A stretch of 64,000 nt of DNA from Candidatus Woesearchaeota archaeon (GCA_964526265.1 CAZGIL010000001.1:8248-72247), one strand, 5' to 3'. Shown: positions 29,830-40,463, counted from the stretch's first letter. Notes: generated by a model from the sequence alone, not told the origin. Numbers and translations are program-made.

Positions 29830-30402
29830 ATGGTTAAAGGAATGTACCAATATCTAAGACAGGCATGGAAAAAGCCAGATAGAGAAACTCTTAGAAAGAG
29901 AATGATTGAATGGAGAAAAACAGATACTATCGTAAATGTTGATAAACCCCTCAGATTAGACAGAGCAAGAGCGCTTGGATACAAGGCAAAGAAGGGTTTT
30001 GTTGTTCTTAGAGTTAGAGTCGGAAGAGGGGGACACAAGGGAAAGAAACCAAATAGAGGAAGAAGAAGTAAGAGACAGACAAACAGAAAAAACCTAAAAA
30101 TGAGTTATCAGTGGATTGCAGAACAAAGAGCTGGAAGAAAATATAATAATCTTGAAGTTTTAAATTCATACAAAATAGGAAAAGACGGGATGTTCTATTT
30201 CTACGAAGTTATTCTTGTAGACCCTCAGCGCCCAGAAATAAAGAATGATAAGACGATTAACTGGATAACAAAGCCAGGAAACAGAGGACGTCCATTCAGA
30301 GGAATTACTTCTGCAGGAAAGAAATCAAGAGGAATAATGAACAAGCATCCAACTTCTAAAGTAAAGGGCGGAGTAAGAGCCGGCGGAAGATTGGGTAAAT
30401 AG
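29830..30402 (+). CDS. rpl15e: 50S ribosomal protein L15e
   Basis: RLDRARALGYKAKKG, IAEQRA.RKY.NLEVLNSY, EVILVDP; true start ATG 29830. Confidence 0.96.
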   Translation: MVKGMYQYLRQAWKKPDRETLRKRMIEWRKTDTIVNVDKPLRLDRARALGYKAKKGFVVLRVRVGRGGHKGKKPNRGRRSKRQTNRKNLKMSYQWIAEQRAGRKYNNLEVLNSYKIGKDGMFYFYEVILVDPQRPEIKNDKTINWITKPGNRGRPFRGITSAGKKSRGIMNKHPTSKVKGGVRAGGRLGK

Positions 30403-30441
30403 TTACAATAATTATTTAAGGGGCATAATTCTTTATTTATA

Positions 30442-30708
30442 ATGAAAAAGAGTTTTTCGAGAGAAGAAGCAAAAGAAATTGGTGAGCAACTTGGAATTAC
30501 TTGGGACAAATATGACATTGAACAATTCCGTATGGGAATGGATGTTGAACTTGAACACGGAACAGTTGACTCAAATACCAATGTTACAGACGACGACCCA
30601 CTAAAAACAGGAAAGATTGCACTAGCACATCTCAATGAAATTCCGGATTACTACACTCGTCTAGCAGAAATGGAAAAGGAAGGCGAAGCTGCGCTAGAAG
30701 CAAGCTAA
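30442..30708 (+). CDS. DUF5661-like protein
   Basis: GMDVELEH...IALAHLNE.PDYYTRL. Confidence 0.75.
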   Translation: MKKSFSREEAKEIGEQLGITWDKYDIEQFRMGMDVELEHGTVDSNTNVTDDDPLKTGKIALAHLNEIPDYYTRLAEMEKEGEAALEAS

Positions 30709-30739
30709 ACCTTAAAAACATCTCAAACTTAATTCTTCC

Positions 30740-30952
30740 ATGATAAGCATTTTCAGATTGATGGGGGCTCTTGGCATCCTGCTAATTTCAATTGGTATAA
30801 TCAATAAAAAAAGAAAAAACCAAAATCTGCTCTATATTTTTGGAGGAATTTGCCTTCTCACATATAGCATTTATATAAGAGATACAATTTTTATTATATT
30901 ACAGATAATTTTCACACTAGCAGCTATTTACGCTCTTAAAATAACAAAATGA
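30740..30952 (+). CDS. Small 3-TM membrane protein
   Basis: Hydrophobic, GG..L..YS....D.IFI.LQ. Confidence 0.65.
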   Translation: MISIFRLMGALGILLISIGIINKKRKNQNLLYIFGGICLLTYSIYIRDTIFIILQIIFTLAAIYALKITK

Positions 30953-32658
30953 GGTATCAAAAACTTGCAGAACTTTATGAAGCATTAGGATTGACAACGA
31001 AGAGATTAGAAAAAACCGACATTCTCTCAAAATTCTTAGAAGAAGTTTCGGAAGAAGACAGCGAACTTATGTATCTTCTTTTAGGAGATATTTACCCTTC
31101 CTACAACGAGAAAAAAATAGGAATAAGCAATCAGCTCGCAATACAAGCAATTTCTAAATCAACAGGAGTGGATAAAGAACAAGTAGTAAAGGAATGGAAG
31201 AGAATCGGAGATATTGGAAAGGTTGCCGAAGAACTCTCAAAGAAAAAACGCCAATCAACTCTCCATTCCCAAGGAGTTTTAATAACAAACAAAGTACTAG
31301 AAAATTTAAGAAAACTTCCAGAGCTAGAGGGAAAAGGAACTGTGGGGAAAAAACTAGCCCTAATAACCGAGATGCTATCTCAAGCTTCTCACTTGGAAGC
31401 CTTGTACCTAATAAGAACTCTAATCGGAGATTTAAGAATGGGCGTTCAGGAATCAACAATAAGAGATGCAATCGCTAAGGCTTTTTTCAGAGGAAGAGAA
31501 GATTCAAAAGAGGTTCAGGAAGCAATTGACAAATCCAACGACCTAGCAAAAGTTTTCAACGCCGCAAAAAAAGGAAAACTGAAAGAACTAGGAAAAATAG
31601 AATTAGAGGTAGGCAAACCAATAAAAGCCATGCTCGCAAACAAAGAAACAAATATTGAAGAGGGATTTAAAGTGGTAGGAAGTCCAGCAGCAGTTGAATA
31701 CAAATATGATGGCTTCAGATTAATTATTCATAAAAAAGGAAATGAGGTAAAACTTTTCACAAGAAAATTAGAAAATGTAAGTAAACAATTTCCAGAAGTT
31801 GTTGAATATATAAACAAATATGTTAAAGGAAAAGATTTCATTCTAGACTCCGAGGCAGTAGGCTTTGATTCTAAAACAAAAGAATATCGTCCTTTCCAAG
31901 AAATCTCTCAGAGAATAAGAAGAAAATACTCAATAGAAGAAATAAGAGAAAAACTTCCGGTGGAAGTTAATATATTTGATGTTCTCTACCACAACGGAAA
32001 ATCCATCATGGAAGAACCCTTCAAAAAACGTTCTGAATTGGTTTCAAAAATAATAGTAAATAAACCCTTCAAAATAATAAGAGCAAAACAAATAATAACC
32101 AACAACGTAGAAAAAGCAGAAGAATTCTACAAAAAAGCTCTTGCAGACAATCAAGAGGGAGTTATGATGAAAAATTTAGAATCCCCCTATCAACCAGGAA
32201 GGCGTGTTGGAAATATGATTAAAATAAAACCCGAAGAAAAAGATTTGGATTTGGTAATAACTGGAGCAGAATACGGTGCAGGAAAAAGAGGAGGATGGAT
32301 GTCCAGCTTCATAATCTCTTGTTATGACGAAAAAACAAAAAAATTCTTAGAAATTGGAAAAGTTGGAACAGGAATAAAAGAAAAATCAGAATTAGGAGTC
32401 TCTTTTGGAGAATTAACGGATCTTCTTACTCCTTTAATAACTTCAGAAAAAGGAAAAAGTGTTAAAATAAAACCAAAAATTGTTGTTTCTGTTACCTATC
32501 AAGAAATCCAAAGAAGCCCAAACTACCCCTCTGGATTTGCATTAAGATTCCCGAGAGTTACAGCCTTGCGTCCGGATAGAAGAGCAAATGAAATTAATAC
32601 TTTAAAAGAAATTGAAAAAGATTACGAAAAGCAAAAAAGAAATTATGTTTACGGATAA
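30949..32658 (+). CDS. lig: ATP-dependent DNA ligase
   Basis: EYKYDG, EGVMMK, Y.PG.R, DLVI.GA, ALRFPR. Confidence 0.96.
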   Translation: MRYQKLAELYEALGLTTKRLEKTDILSKFLEEVSEEDSELMYLLLGDIYPSYNEKKIGISNQLAIQAISKSTGVDKEQVVKEWKRIGDIGKVAEELSKKKRQSTLHSQGVLITNKVLENLRKLPELEGKGTVGKKLALITEMLSQASHLEALYLIRTLIGDLRMGVQESTIRDAIAKAFFRGREDSKEVQEAIDKSNDLAKVFNAAKKGKLKELGKIELEVGKPIKAMLANKETNIEEGFKVVGSPAAVEYKYDGFRLIIHKKGNEVKLFTRKLENVSKQFPEVVEYINKYVKGKDFILDSEAVGFDSKTKEYRPFQEISQRIRRKYSIEEIREKLPVEVNIFDVLYHNGKSIMEEPFKKRSELVSKIIVNKPFKIIRAKQIITNNVEKAEEFYKKALADNQEGVMMKNLESPYQPGRRVGNMIKIKPEEKDLDLVITGAEYGAGKRGGWMSSFIISCYDEKTKKFLEIGKVGTGIKEKSELGVSFGELTDLLTPLITSEKGKSVKIKPKIVVSVTYQEIQRSPNYPSGFALRFPRVTALRPDRRANEINTLKEIEKDYEKQKRNYVYG

Positions 32659-32702
32659 AAGATAATCTCAACCTTTATAAATTTCTCAAACATTCTCTTA
32701 TT

Positions 32703-34427
32703 ATGAAAAAGAGAGGTTCGGGTTATCTTGCATTAACATTAATAGTTTTAGCCATATTTGGTTTTTTAGTAATCGACTATATGCAAACAGCAGGAAATTT
32801 TTCTTTCACAGGAAAAGTAATCTCCCCCATTATTCCTGAAGACTGTTCAGATGCAAGTGTAAAAACAATTTGGGACTCAATTTTTAAGGAGAGTAGTAAT
32901 GGGATATCTATTCAAACAAACGGAACAGTTGTAAATGAAAGATGCGCCGAATTCTATGCTTACAAAACAATAGGAGATTCAAAATATATACTGGAAGAAA
33001 AATATTACAGTTCCTCTCCAGAAATAACAATTAATGCCTACCATTTAAATTCCAGTATAACTCTTCCAGCAACACCAAGCGAAGCAAGAAATTTTAACTT
33101 CGGTTCAGATAACGCTACTTCCCGAAGCCTAACAGATGAAACAGCAAATTCAACTTTTATAAGCATATTCAAAGAAGATAATATAACATGGACGAACGAA
33201 GGAACTTATCTTTACTTTGAAAAAGACCTAACAAACTCCTCTGCAGAAATGTTAATAAAAGGAACAGTTTACAAAACCCTGTCCTACGAATATTTAGGAA
33301 TAGAAATTACTCCAACCAATTCCTGTTCTCCAAACTGGACTGCCGTAAACGCCTCCTGTAATTCAAGCGATACCCTAGAAGTTTGGTACAACGATTCCAA
33401 TTCATGCGATACAAGTTCGGAAAAACCAGATAATAAAACAGAAGATTGCGATTATAATTCAAACGGGATAATTGGGAATTCAAATTCCTTCACCAATTCA
33501 AATCTTAATATTACTCTTTACATAGATTCTTCCGAAGCAAATTTCTCAAAAATCTATAATACAACAAAACAAGTAGAACTAAAAGAAGGAAATATCTCAA
33601 GGATTTCTTTCAGTTACAATTTCTCAAACACACTTAACCTAAATGAGATAGAGATTATAAAACAAAACTCCTCCTCGGAATTTGGGTATCTTATTGTTAA
33701 TGGGGTAGAAGAAGAAAAAACCTTTTATGTTGATAAGAAAATTTCAAGAAGCAATAGGATTTGTATAAAGAATGCTTTCACCTCTTCAATCACCGCTTTT
33801 TCTGAAGAGTGCAACTCCTCAAATGAATATCTAATTAATTGCCCCGGAACAAACTCCTTATTCGAATGCAATATTTCAGGAAGCTACTTCGTCGTTTCTG
33901 GATTAACCCATTCTGCTGTAAAAGAAATTATAAGTAATTGTAATCCGCAATGGAACTGTACCTCATGGTCTTCATGTATCTCAGGAAACCAGATACGTTC
34001 TTGCATAGATACCAACTTTTGCGGAATAATCTCAGGAAAACCCGCAGAAAATCAAACTTGTGCGGTTTGTATCCCAAATCCAAATTGCATAGATTGGCTT
34101 CCAAAAACCTGCCCAAAAAATGGAACCCAAACAAGAACTTGTATAGATTTAAACAATTGTGGAACAATTCCTCCAGAAACAAGAGATTGTGAGTACAAAA
34201 AGATTCCAGTCTGGTTAATTATCCTGGGAGTAGTAATCCTCCTAGGAGGAATTATTATTATGATAATCCTTTTAGTGAGCTCCGGAAGAAAAAAAGACTC
34301 TCAACAAAACAACCAAGATAATCCTTACCGTCCGTTCCCAGGACAAGGACAGATACAGCAACCGCAAAGCAACCAAATGATACAAAATCCACAAAACCAG
34401 TACAACAATAATCCTTGGAAAAAATAA
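32703..34427 (+). CDS. Cell-surface glycoprotein with Cys-rich repeats, C-terminal TM and Q/N-rich tail
   Basis: N-terminal TM + TGKVI, many N-x-S/T sequons, repeated C-x-P-x-W-x-C...R-x-C-x-D-x-N-x-C. Confidence 0.75.
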   Translation: MKKRGSGYLALTLIVLAIFGFLVIDYMQTAGNFSFTGKVISPIIPEDCSDASVKTIWDSIFKESSNGISIQTNGTVVNERCAEFYAYKTIGDSKYILEEKYYSSSPEITINAYHLNSSITLPATPSEARNFNFGSDNATSRSLTDETANSTFISIFKEDNITWTNEGTYLYFEKDLTNSSAEMLIKGTVYKTLSYEYLGIEITPTNSCSPNWTAVNASCNSSDTLEVWYNDSNSCDTSSEKPDNKTEDCDYNSNGIIGNSNSFTNSNLNITLYIDSSEANFSKIYNTTKQVELKEGNISRISFSYNFSNTLNLNEIEIIKQNSSSEFGYLIVNGVEEEKTFYVDKKISRSNRICIKNAFTSSITAFSEECNSSNEYLINCPGTNSLFECNISGSYFVVSGLTHSAVKEIISNCNPQWNCTSWSSCISGNQIRSCIDTNFCGIISGKPAENQTCAVCIPNPNCIDWLPKTCPKNGTQTRTCIDLNNCGTIPPETRDCEYKKIPVWLIILGVVILLGGIIIMIILLVSSGRKKDSQQNNQDNPYRPFPGQGQIQQPQSNQMIQNPQNQYNNNPWKK

Positions 34428-34478
34428 ATTTTTCATTTAAAAACCTTTATAAACCCCTCGAGCCCCTTATAAATAACA

Positions 34479-35036
34479 ATGTCAGGCGAATCATCTTATA
34501 AAGTTCAAAATATTGTAGCAACCGCTTCTTTGGAAAAACCTGTTCCTTTAACAAAACTAGCAAAAACTAACCCTAACACAGAATACAACCCAGAAACTTT
34601 TCCGGGATTAGTTTTAAGGATAAAAGAGCCAAAATCCGCAGTTTTAGTATTCTCTTCGGGAAATCTTGTTTGTACAGGAACAAAATCAACCGCACAAGTT
34701 AAACAAGTAATTCAGGAAGTAATAAAACAACTTAAAAAAATCAATGTTAAAGTAACAACAAAGCCAAAAATAACCGTTCAGAACATTGTTGCTTCAGGAA
34801 CAATAAATCTTAAACTTAATCTTAACTTCCTTGCATTAGAAATGCAGAATACAGAATACGAACCAGAACAATTTCCGGGTTTGGTTTACAAACTGATGGA
34901 GCCAAACGCTACTTTCTTGTTATTCTCTAACGGAAAGCTTGTTTGTACCGGAACAAAGAACAAGCAGCAGCTAGATGAAAGCATGAAACAGCTTTTAAAA
35001 GATGTCAAGACTGCGTTGAAGAACTATAAGAAATAA
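34479..35036 (+). CDS. tbp: TATA-box binding protein
   Basis: Two repeats of NIVA...EY.PE.FPGLV...LVCTG.K. Confidence 0.97.
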   Translation: MSGESSYKVQNIVATASLEKPVPLTKLAKTNPNTEYNPETFPGLVLRIKEPKSAVLVFSSGNLVCTGTKSTAQVKQVIQEVIKQLKKINVKVTTKPKITVQNIVASGTINLKLNLNFLALEMQNTEYEPEQFPGLVYKLMEPNATFLLFSNGKLVCTGTKNKQQLDESMKQLLKDVKTALKNYKK

Positions 35037-35128
35037 TCAACCACTCAAGCGAGAAGGGTTACCAATCCATTTAAAACTACTTTTAAATCACCATAAATCT
35101 ATAAAAAGCCAGCATATATTTCTTTTAT

Positions 35129-37201
35129 ATGGAAGAAGAGGCAGAGGGCGAACTATCTTCCCAGATAGCCCCGGATGTAAAGAAAAAAGGTATGAAGAGA
35201 GAAGAGTTAATAATAGAGGCCAAAAACTTCTTTGATTTTCACAAAAAAGAGCTTGGAGCCTCAATGAGGAAAGCCGATAATGTTATTTTCCTTGATTTCC
35301 TTAAACTAACCGAATTCTCAAACATCCTTTCTGATGAAATACTCTCCAATCCAGAAGAAACTCTTAGATTAGTGGAACAAGCAATCGAAGAATCTGGCTT
35401 AGTAAGTAATGTAAGGGTTAGATTATTTAATCTCTCGAAAAGCGAGGAACTAAAAATAAGAAATATTCGTTCAAGAAACCTAGATGAAATGATAGTAATT
35501 GAAGGACTAATCAGACAAGCCTCGGATGTTCGTCCTCAAGTTGTTAACGCAAAATTTGAGTGTCCTTCATGTGGAACCGTAATCGCGGTTTTACAAATGG
35601 AAAAGAAATTCCGCGAGCCCTCACGCTGTTCTTGTGGTAGAAGAGGAGGATTTAAATTAATAAGTAAAGAGATGGTTGACACTCAAAGACTTGTAATTGA
35701 AGAGTCTCCAGACTCTCTAACGGGAGGAGAACAACCCAAAAGAATAAACGTTTTTGTTAAAGAAGATTTAGTTGAACCAAAAATGGAAGAAAAAACAACT
35801 CCCGGGAGCAGAGTAAAGGTGATAGGAATTTTAAAAGAAGTTCCAGTACCTCTTCAAACGGGCGGACTCTCAACAAGGTTCGAACTAGCAGTTGAAGCAA
35901 ATAATTTAATTCCACTAGAAGAAACTTTTGAAGAATTAGATATTAACGATGAAGATGAAAGACAAATTTTGGAATTAGCAGAAGACCCAGAAATATTCAA
36001 CAAACTTGCAAAGAGCATCTGCCCAAGTGTCTGGGGCTATGAAGAGATAAAAAAATCCCTCGTTCTACAATTATTTTCGGGAGTTCAGAAAAAGAGAGCG
36101 AATGGGGTAAAAGACAGGGGAGATATGCATATTCTTTTAATTGGAGATCCGGGTGTTGCAAAATCGGTTATGCTTGGTTTCATGGCAAACATCTCTCCAA
36201 AGGGAAGATATGTTGTGGGTAAGTCGGCATCAGGAGCGGGGCTTACAGCAACAGTAGTTAGAGATGAGTATCTTAAGGGATGGAGCTTAGAAGCCGGTGC
36301 AATGGTTCTTGCAAATAAAGGACTAGTCTGTATAGATGAATTAGAGAAGATGGATCCACAGGACAGAAGTGCCATGCATGAAGCAATGGAGCAACAAACA
36401 GTTACAATTTCTAAAGCAAATGTTCAAGCTTCCCTAAGAGCGGAAACTTCGGTTTTGGCTGCAGCAAATCCCAAATTCGGGAGATTTGACCCCTATCAAA
36501 CGGTTGCACAACAGATAGATTTACCCCCCACACTAATTAACCGTTTTGATATTATCTTCACCATGAGAGACATTCCAGATAAAGAAAAAGATGAAAGAAT
36601 TGCTCTTCACGTTTTGCATGAACATCAAAAAGAAGGAGAGGGGATGCTCATTCCAAGAGAACTATTCAGAAAATATGTTGCCTACGCAAAACAAAGAGTA
36701 AAACCTGTACTAAGCGATGAAGCGGTTGCGGAGTTAAGAAAATTCTATGTTGATTTAAGAAATCGTCCGGTTTCTTCCGAAGCCGCAGTACGTCCAATTC
36801 CAATCTCTGCAAGACAGTTAGGAGCTTTAATAAGAATGTCCGAAGCTTCCGCAAAGATGAGATTATCAAAAACAGTAACAACACTAGATACCGACAGAGC
36901 AATTGAGATTATGAAATACTACTTAATGCAGGTAGGTTATGACTATGAAACAAAATCTTTTGACATAGATAAGATTTCTACCGGAATCTCAACTTCAAAA
37001 AGAAGTAAAATATTTGGGGTAAGAGAAACCCTTAATGAATTAGAGGGCAGATTAGGAAAACTTATTCCAATCGAAGAACTTGAAAAAGAGTTAGAAGGTA
37101 AAATGACAAAAGATGAAATAGAAGAAGCCCTAACTAAATTGCAATCCTCTGGGGATGTCTTCCGTCCAAGAAGAGGATACATTCAGAGAACTTCAGGATG
37201 A
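35129..37201 (+). CDS. mcm: MCM replicative helicase
   Basis: CPSC..CSC Zn finger, GDPGVAKS, IDELEKM, AAANP, NRFD, C-terminal wH; no intein evident. Confidence 0.96.
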   Translation: MEEEAEGELSSQIAPDVKKKGMKREELIIEAKNFFDFHKKELGASMRKADNVIFLDFLKLTEFSNILSDEILSNPEETLRLVEQAIEESGLVSNVRVRLFNLSKSEELKIRNIRSRNLDEMIVIEGLIRQASDVRPQVVNAKFECPSCGTVIAVLQMEKKFREPSRCSCGRRGGFKLISKEMVDTQRLVIEESPDSLTGGEQPKRINVFVKEDLVEPKMEEKTTPGSRVKVIGILKEVPVPLQTGGLSTRFELAVEANNLIPLEETFEELDINDEDERQILELAEDPEIFNKLAKSICPSVWGYEEIKKSLVLQLFSGVQKKRANGVKDRGDMHILLIGDPGVAKSVMLGFMANISPKGRYVVGKSASGAGLTATVVRDEYLKGWSLEAGAMVLANKGLVCIDELEKMDPQDRSAMHEAMEQQTVTISKANVQASLRAETSVLAAANPKFGRFDPYQTVAQQIDLPPTLINRFDIIFTMRDIPDKEKDERIALHVLHEHQKEGEGMLIPRELFRKYVAYAKQRVKPVLSDEAVAELRKFYVDLRNRPVSSEAAVRPIPISARQLGALIRMSEASAKMRLSKTVTTLDTDRAIEIMKYYLMQVGYDYETKSFDIDKISTGISTSKRSKIFGVRETLNELEGRLGKLIPIEELEKELEGKMTKDEIEEALTKLQSSGDVFRPRRGYIQRTSG

Positions 37202-37641
37202 AAGCAATTATCCCAAAAAGAGAGTTTCTATCAACAGTATATATAGTAAAAGATGGAAAAGTGCTTTTAACATTCAATAAGAAAGTTAAGAAATTTGTTC
37301 CCTTGGGAGGGCATATAGACGAAAACGAACTTCCGTGTGAATGCGCAATAAGAGAAGCAAAAGAAGAAAGTGGGTTTGATATTCAACTTGTTAACCCAAG
37401 AGAATACGGAAGAAAAGAATTAATACAAAATTTAGATATTGGGCTGGATGTAATAAAATCAGACCACCATCACATAAATATCTCCTATATTGGGGAAATA
37501 ATTGGGGGAAATCAACTTAATGAATCTGATGAAGAAACAGAACTGAGGTGGTTTTCTCCTGAAGAATTAAAAAACTGCCAAGAAACATTCAATAATACTA
37601 AAGGAGCGGGATTAAAAGCAATAGAGATAATGAATAAATGA
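37198..37641 (+). CDS. NUDIX hydrolase
   Basis: GGHIDENE....AIREAKEESG Nudix box. Confidence 0.9.
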   Translation: MKAIIPKREFLSTVYIVKDGKVLLTFNKKVKKFVPLGGHIDENELPCECAIREAKEESGFDIQLVNPREYGRKELIQNLDIGLDVIKSDHHHINISYIGEIIGGNQLNESDEETELRWFSPEELKNCQETFNNTKGAGLKAIEIMNK

Positions 37642-38165
37642 AAATCGCATTCTTCGGAACACACGGAACGGGAAAGACAACCCTAGCACACGAGCTAATG
37701 TCAAAATTAAAGAAAACTGGGGTAGATGCCGGATTTGTTGGAGAGGTAGCAAGAAACTGTCCGTTTCCAATAAATGAAGGAACAACAAAAAAATCCCAGA
37801 TATGGATAATTCTAAATCAAATAATAAAAGAACTCGAAGCCGAAGAAAAATCCGATGTCTTGATATGTGATAGAAGCGTTCTGGATGGTTATATTTATTA
37901 TGTAAATAAATTTGGACGCTCAAATGTACTTGAACCGTTAGTAAAGGAACACCTAAAAACTTACAAGCGCCTCGTTAAGGTACCAATAAGAGGGGGTTTT
38001 TTAAAAAAAGACAAAGTGCGTTCAACGGACAAAGAATTTAAAAAAAGAATAGATTTACAATTCAATAAGTTACTAAAGGTTTTAAAAGTCAAGTATACAG
38101 AATTAAATAAGGAAGATAAGACTGATGAACAGATTGTGTTAAGAGTTTTATCGACTCTAGAATAA
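37638..38165 (+). CDS. P-loop nucleotide/nucleoside kinase (AAA_28/NadR-Ttd14-like)
   Basis: GTHGTGKTT, EVAR, CDRSVLD. Confidence 0.8.
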   Translation: MKIAFFGTHGTGKTTLAHELMSKLKKTGVDAGFVGEVARNCPFPINEGTTKKSQIWIILNQIIKELEAEEKSDVLICDRSVLDGYIYYVNKFGRSNVLEPLVKEHLKTYKRLVKVPIRGGFLKKDKVRSTDKEFKKRIDLQFNKLLKVLKVKYTELNKEDKTDEQIVLRVLSTLE

Positions 38166-38166
38166 A

Positions 38167-38793
38167 ATGCCAGAACAACAATTCAAAAGAAACGTAGCAT
38201 TCAAATACCGAATCGGAGACTTGCTTTTAGGAAAACCTATGTTTGATGCAGATAGATTTTCTTTCCTTGAATTAGGAGATAAAAAAATTGTAAGGGTTAA
38301 TGTTATTGGGAATATTGTAGACAAATATGAAAGTGAAGGAGAGAAAAAATACATCTTCTTTACAATAGATGATGGCTCCGGACAGATAAAACTTAAATCT
38401 TTCGGAGATGATGTTCCAAGATTCAGCAAGGTACAACCCGGAGACACCGTTCTTGTTATTGGAGTTTTAAGAAATTTCAATAACGAAACTTATATTGCCC
38501 CAGAAATACTAAGGAACCAAGATCCAAAATATCTTCTTGTAAGAAAGTTAGAACTTGAAAAAGAAAGGGGAAAATCCCTTCCTCAACCACAAAAAGAACA
38601 AATGGTTGCAATAAAGGACAAAATCCTAGAAAAAATAAAATCTGCAGAGGACGAAGGAGGAATAGAAATTGATAAAATAATAATGGACCTTAGAGAAACC
38701 TCTCCGGATATAATTAATCAAGAAGTAAAGAAATTATTAGAAGAAGGAATTATATTTGAACCCCGCCCCGGAAAGTTAAGATATTTGGGATGA
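38167..38793 (+). CDS. RPA32-like OB-fold + winged-helix ssDNA-binding protein
   Basis: RVNVIG.IV, IDDGSG.I, C-terminal LLEEG.IFEPRPG. Confidence 0.85.
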   Translation: MPEQQFKRNVAFKYRIGDLLLGKPMFDADRFSFLELGDKKIVRVNVIGNIVDKYESEGEKKYIFFTIDDGSGQIKLKSFGDDVPRFSKVQPGDTVLVIGVLRNFNNETYIAPEILRNQDPKYLLVRKLELEKERGKSLPQPQKEQMVAIKDKILEKIKSAEDEGGIEIDKIIMDLRETSPDIINQEVKKLLEEGIIFEPRPGKLRYLG

Positions 38794-38794
38794 A

Positions 38795-39163
38795 TTAAAT
38801 TTGTAAAGGTTCTCGGGGTTTTCTAAAAAAAGTAGGTTTAGTTCTATACCCTCTTCGCTCATCAATATAAAATTCGCAAGCATTAAAGGGCCAACAACCT
38901 ACAAAAGGAGGAAAATGAGAAAAGCCCAGCCACCCCCTAGTTTTATGGACATAAAATGGAACTTCCCCCAAAGCTAATCTTTCAAGCTCCTCTGGGATAA
39001 TCTTCCGTTTAGAAACTAAAACAATTATCTGCCCTAATCGCGATATTGCCCCCCCAGTAACATCGTCTCCAGAAACAGAACTTAATTCTCGGGCAGCCTT
39101 TCTTAAACACTCGATATATTCGCCCTGAATTTCTTGCACGTCATCCACAAATAGGAGATACAA
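38795..39163 (-). CDS. Hypothetical protein (start uncertain)
   Basis: ORF fills the gap; non-ATG start. Confidence 0.4.
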   Translation of the reverse strand: MYLLFVDDVQEIQGEYIECLRKAARELSSVSGDDVTGGAISRLGQIIVLVSKRKIIPEELERLALGEVPFYVHKTRGWLGFSHFPPFVGCWPFNACEFYIDERRGYRTKPTFFRKPREPLQI

Positions 39164-39199
39164 AATCCCCTTATAAGAATTATTATACTCTACTTTCCG

Positions 39200-39730
39200 C
39201 TATTTCCTCTTAACTCTTTTATTTATCCAATAAGCCAACCATATAACCACAATTAATCCTAAAAGAGACAATCCGAATTTAAGCCAGTCCTGCGCAAACT
39301 GCCAGAAACCAACAACTCCGTAAAGGATAACACCAACTCCTCCACCCATTAGCCCCGCTCCAACCGCCTCAAGTCCAAACACAACAGCTCCAAGTGCAAT
39401 TATAATTATTCCCAAAGGAAGAGCAATCAGGAAAATATTCCTTGAATAGATTTCTCTAGAAGATTCATAATCATTGTTACATTCGTAAGTTAAATCACAA
39501 TAACCATTAGGAATACTTTCACTAGGTATTTTAGGAACAACTCTATCTGCAAACCATTTTCCACCATTATCCTCACACTGAGAAACAGTCGAAACATTAA
39601 CATTATAGTTTATATCTTTACAAAAATCTTCATACCCTGGACTTTTATAAAAAGTATTAATTCCAAAAACCACTACCGAAATAGTCAGAATAATTATTGC
39701 AATGCTGATAATCACGTCTTTAATTGCCAT
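39200..39730 (-). CDS. Membrane protein with Cys-containing extracellular loop
   Basis: Four TMs, P.YEDFC...C...GGKW...GYC, GLMGGG. Confidence 0.7.
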   Translation of the reverse strand: MAIKDVIISIAIIILTISVVVFGINTFYKSPGYEDFCKDINYNVNVSTVSQCEDNGGKWFADRVVPKIPSESIPNGYCDLTYECNNDYESSREIYSRNIFLIALPLGIIIIALGAVVFGLEAVGAGLMGGGVGVILYGVVGFWQFAQDWLKFGLSLLGLIVVIWLAYWINKRVKRK

Positions 39731-39780
39731 ACAAAAAACAAAGGTAAAAACTTTATAAACTCTTTCCTCGGGGTTATTTT

Positions 39781-40188
39781 ATGACATACGAAGATTTACT
39801 CAATAAAGCATATCAAGAAGTAAAAGAAGTAAAAGGCTCGTGCGATAGATTCGAGATTCCAAAAGCCGAAGGAAGATTTGAAGGTAAAAAGACCATGATA
39901 ACTAACTTTACCCAGATAGCTTCCTATTTAAGAAGAACTCCAGAACACTTCCAAAAATTCCTTTTAAGAGAGCTTGCGGCTTCAGGACAAATAGAGGGAG
40001 ACAGATTAGTTCTTAACATGAAAGTCCCAAGCGCAAAGATAAATCAAAAGATAGAAGACTACGCAAAAGAATTTGTTATCTGTAGGGAGTGTGGAAAACC
40101 AGACTCAGAACTAACAAAAGAAGGAAGATTAGCGTTTATTCGTTGTTTAGCTTGTGGAGCGAAACATAGTGTTAGAAGTAAAATATAA
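39781..40188 (+). CDS. eif2b: Translation initiation factor 2 subunit beta
   Basis: RFEIP, NF..IA..LRR, CRECGKPD, CLACGA. Confidence 0.95.
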   Translation: MTYEDLLNKAYQEVKEVKGSCDRFEIPKAEGRFEGKKTMITNFTQIASYLRRTPEHFQKFLLRELAASGQIEGDRLVLNMKVPSAKINQKIEDYAKEFVICRECGKPDSELTKEGRLAFIRCLACGAKHSVRSKI

Positions 40189-40268
40189 TTAAGAAGGTTT
40201 AAAAAACCCCCGAACATTACAAAAATAAGAGATTCATTCGAATTTCAATTAAATCCAAGGAGGAAAAC

Positions 40269-40463
40269 ATGGTTGAAGCTTACTGCGTAAAATGCAAGAA
40301 AAAAGGGCAAAAGATGAAAGATCCAAAGATGACTAAGACTTCCCGAGGCGGTTTTATGGCTAAAGGATGTTGCCCTGATTGCGGTTGCGGAATGTGCGCT
40401 ATGATGTCAAAGGACAAAGCGGAAGCAGCTGTAAAATCTGGCGAAGCTCAAAAGGCTTACTAG
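40269..40463 (+). CDS. DUF5679-like small Zn-ribbon basic protein
   Basis: AYCVKCK...M..P......G..M.KG.CP.CG; AGGAGG SD; T-rich tract downstream. Confidence 0.75.
   Translation: MVEAYCVKCKKKGQKMKDPKMTKTSRGGFMAKGCCPDCGCGMCAMMSKDKAEAAVKSGEAQKAY

Noticed and set aside
35037..35128. AT-rich palindrome upstream of mcm as a possible replication origin
   Set aside because: No ORB-like repeats or orc1/cdc6 nearby; explained by promoter and terminator sequence.
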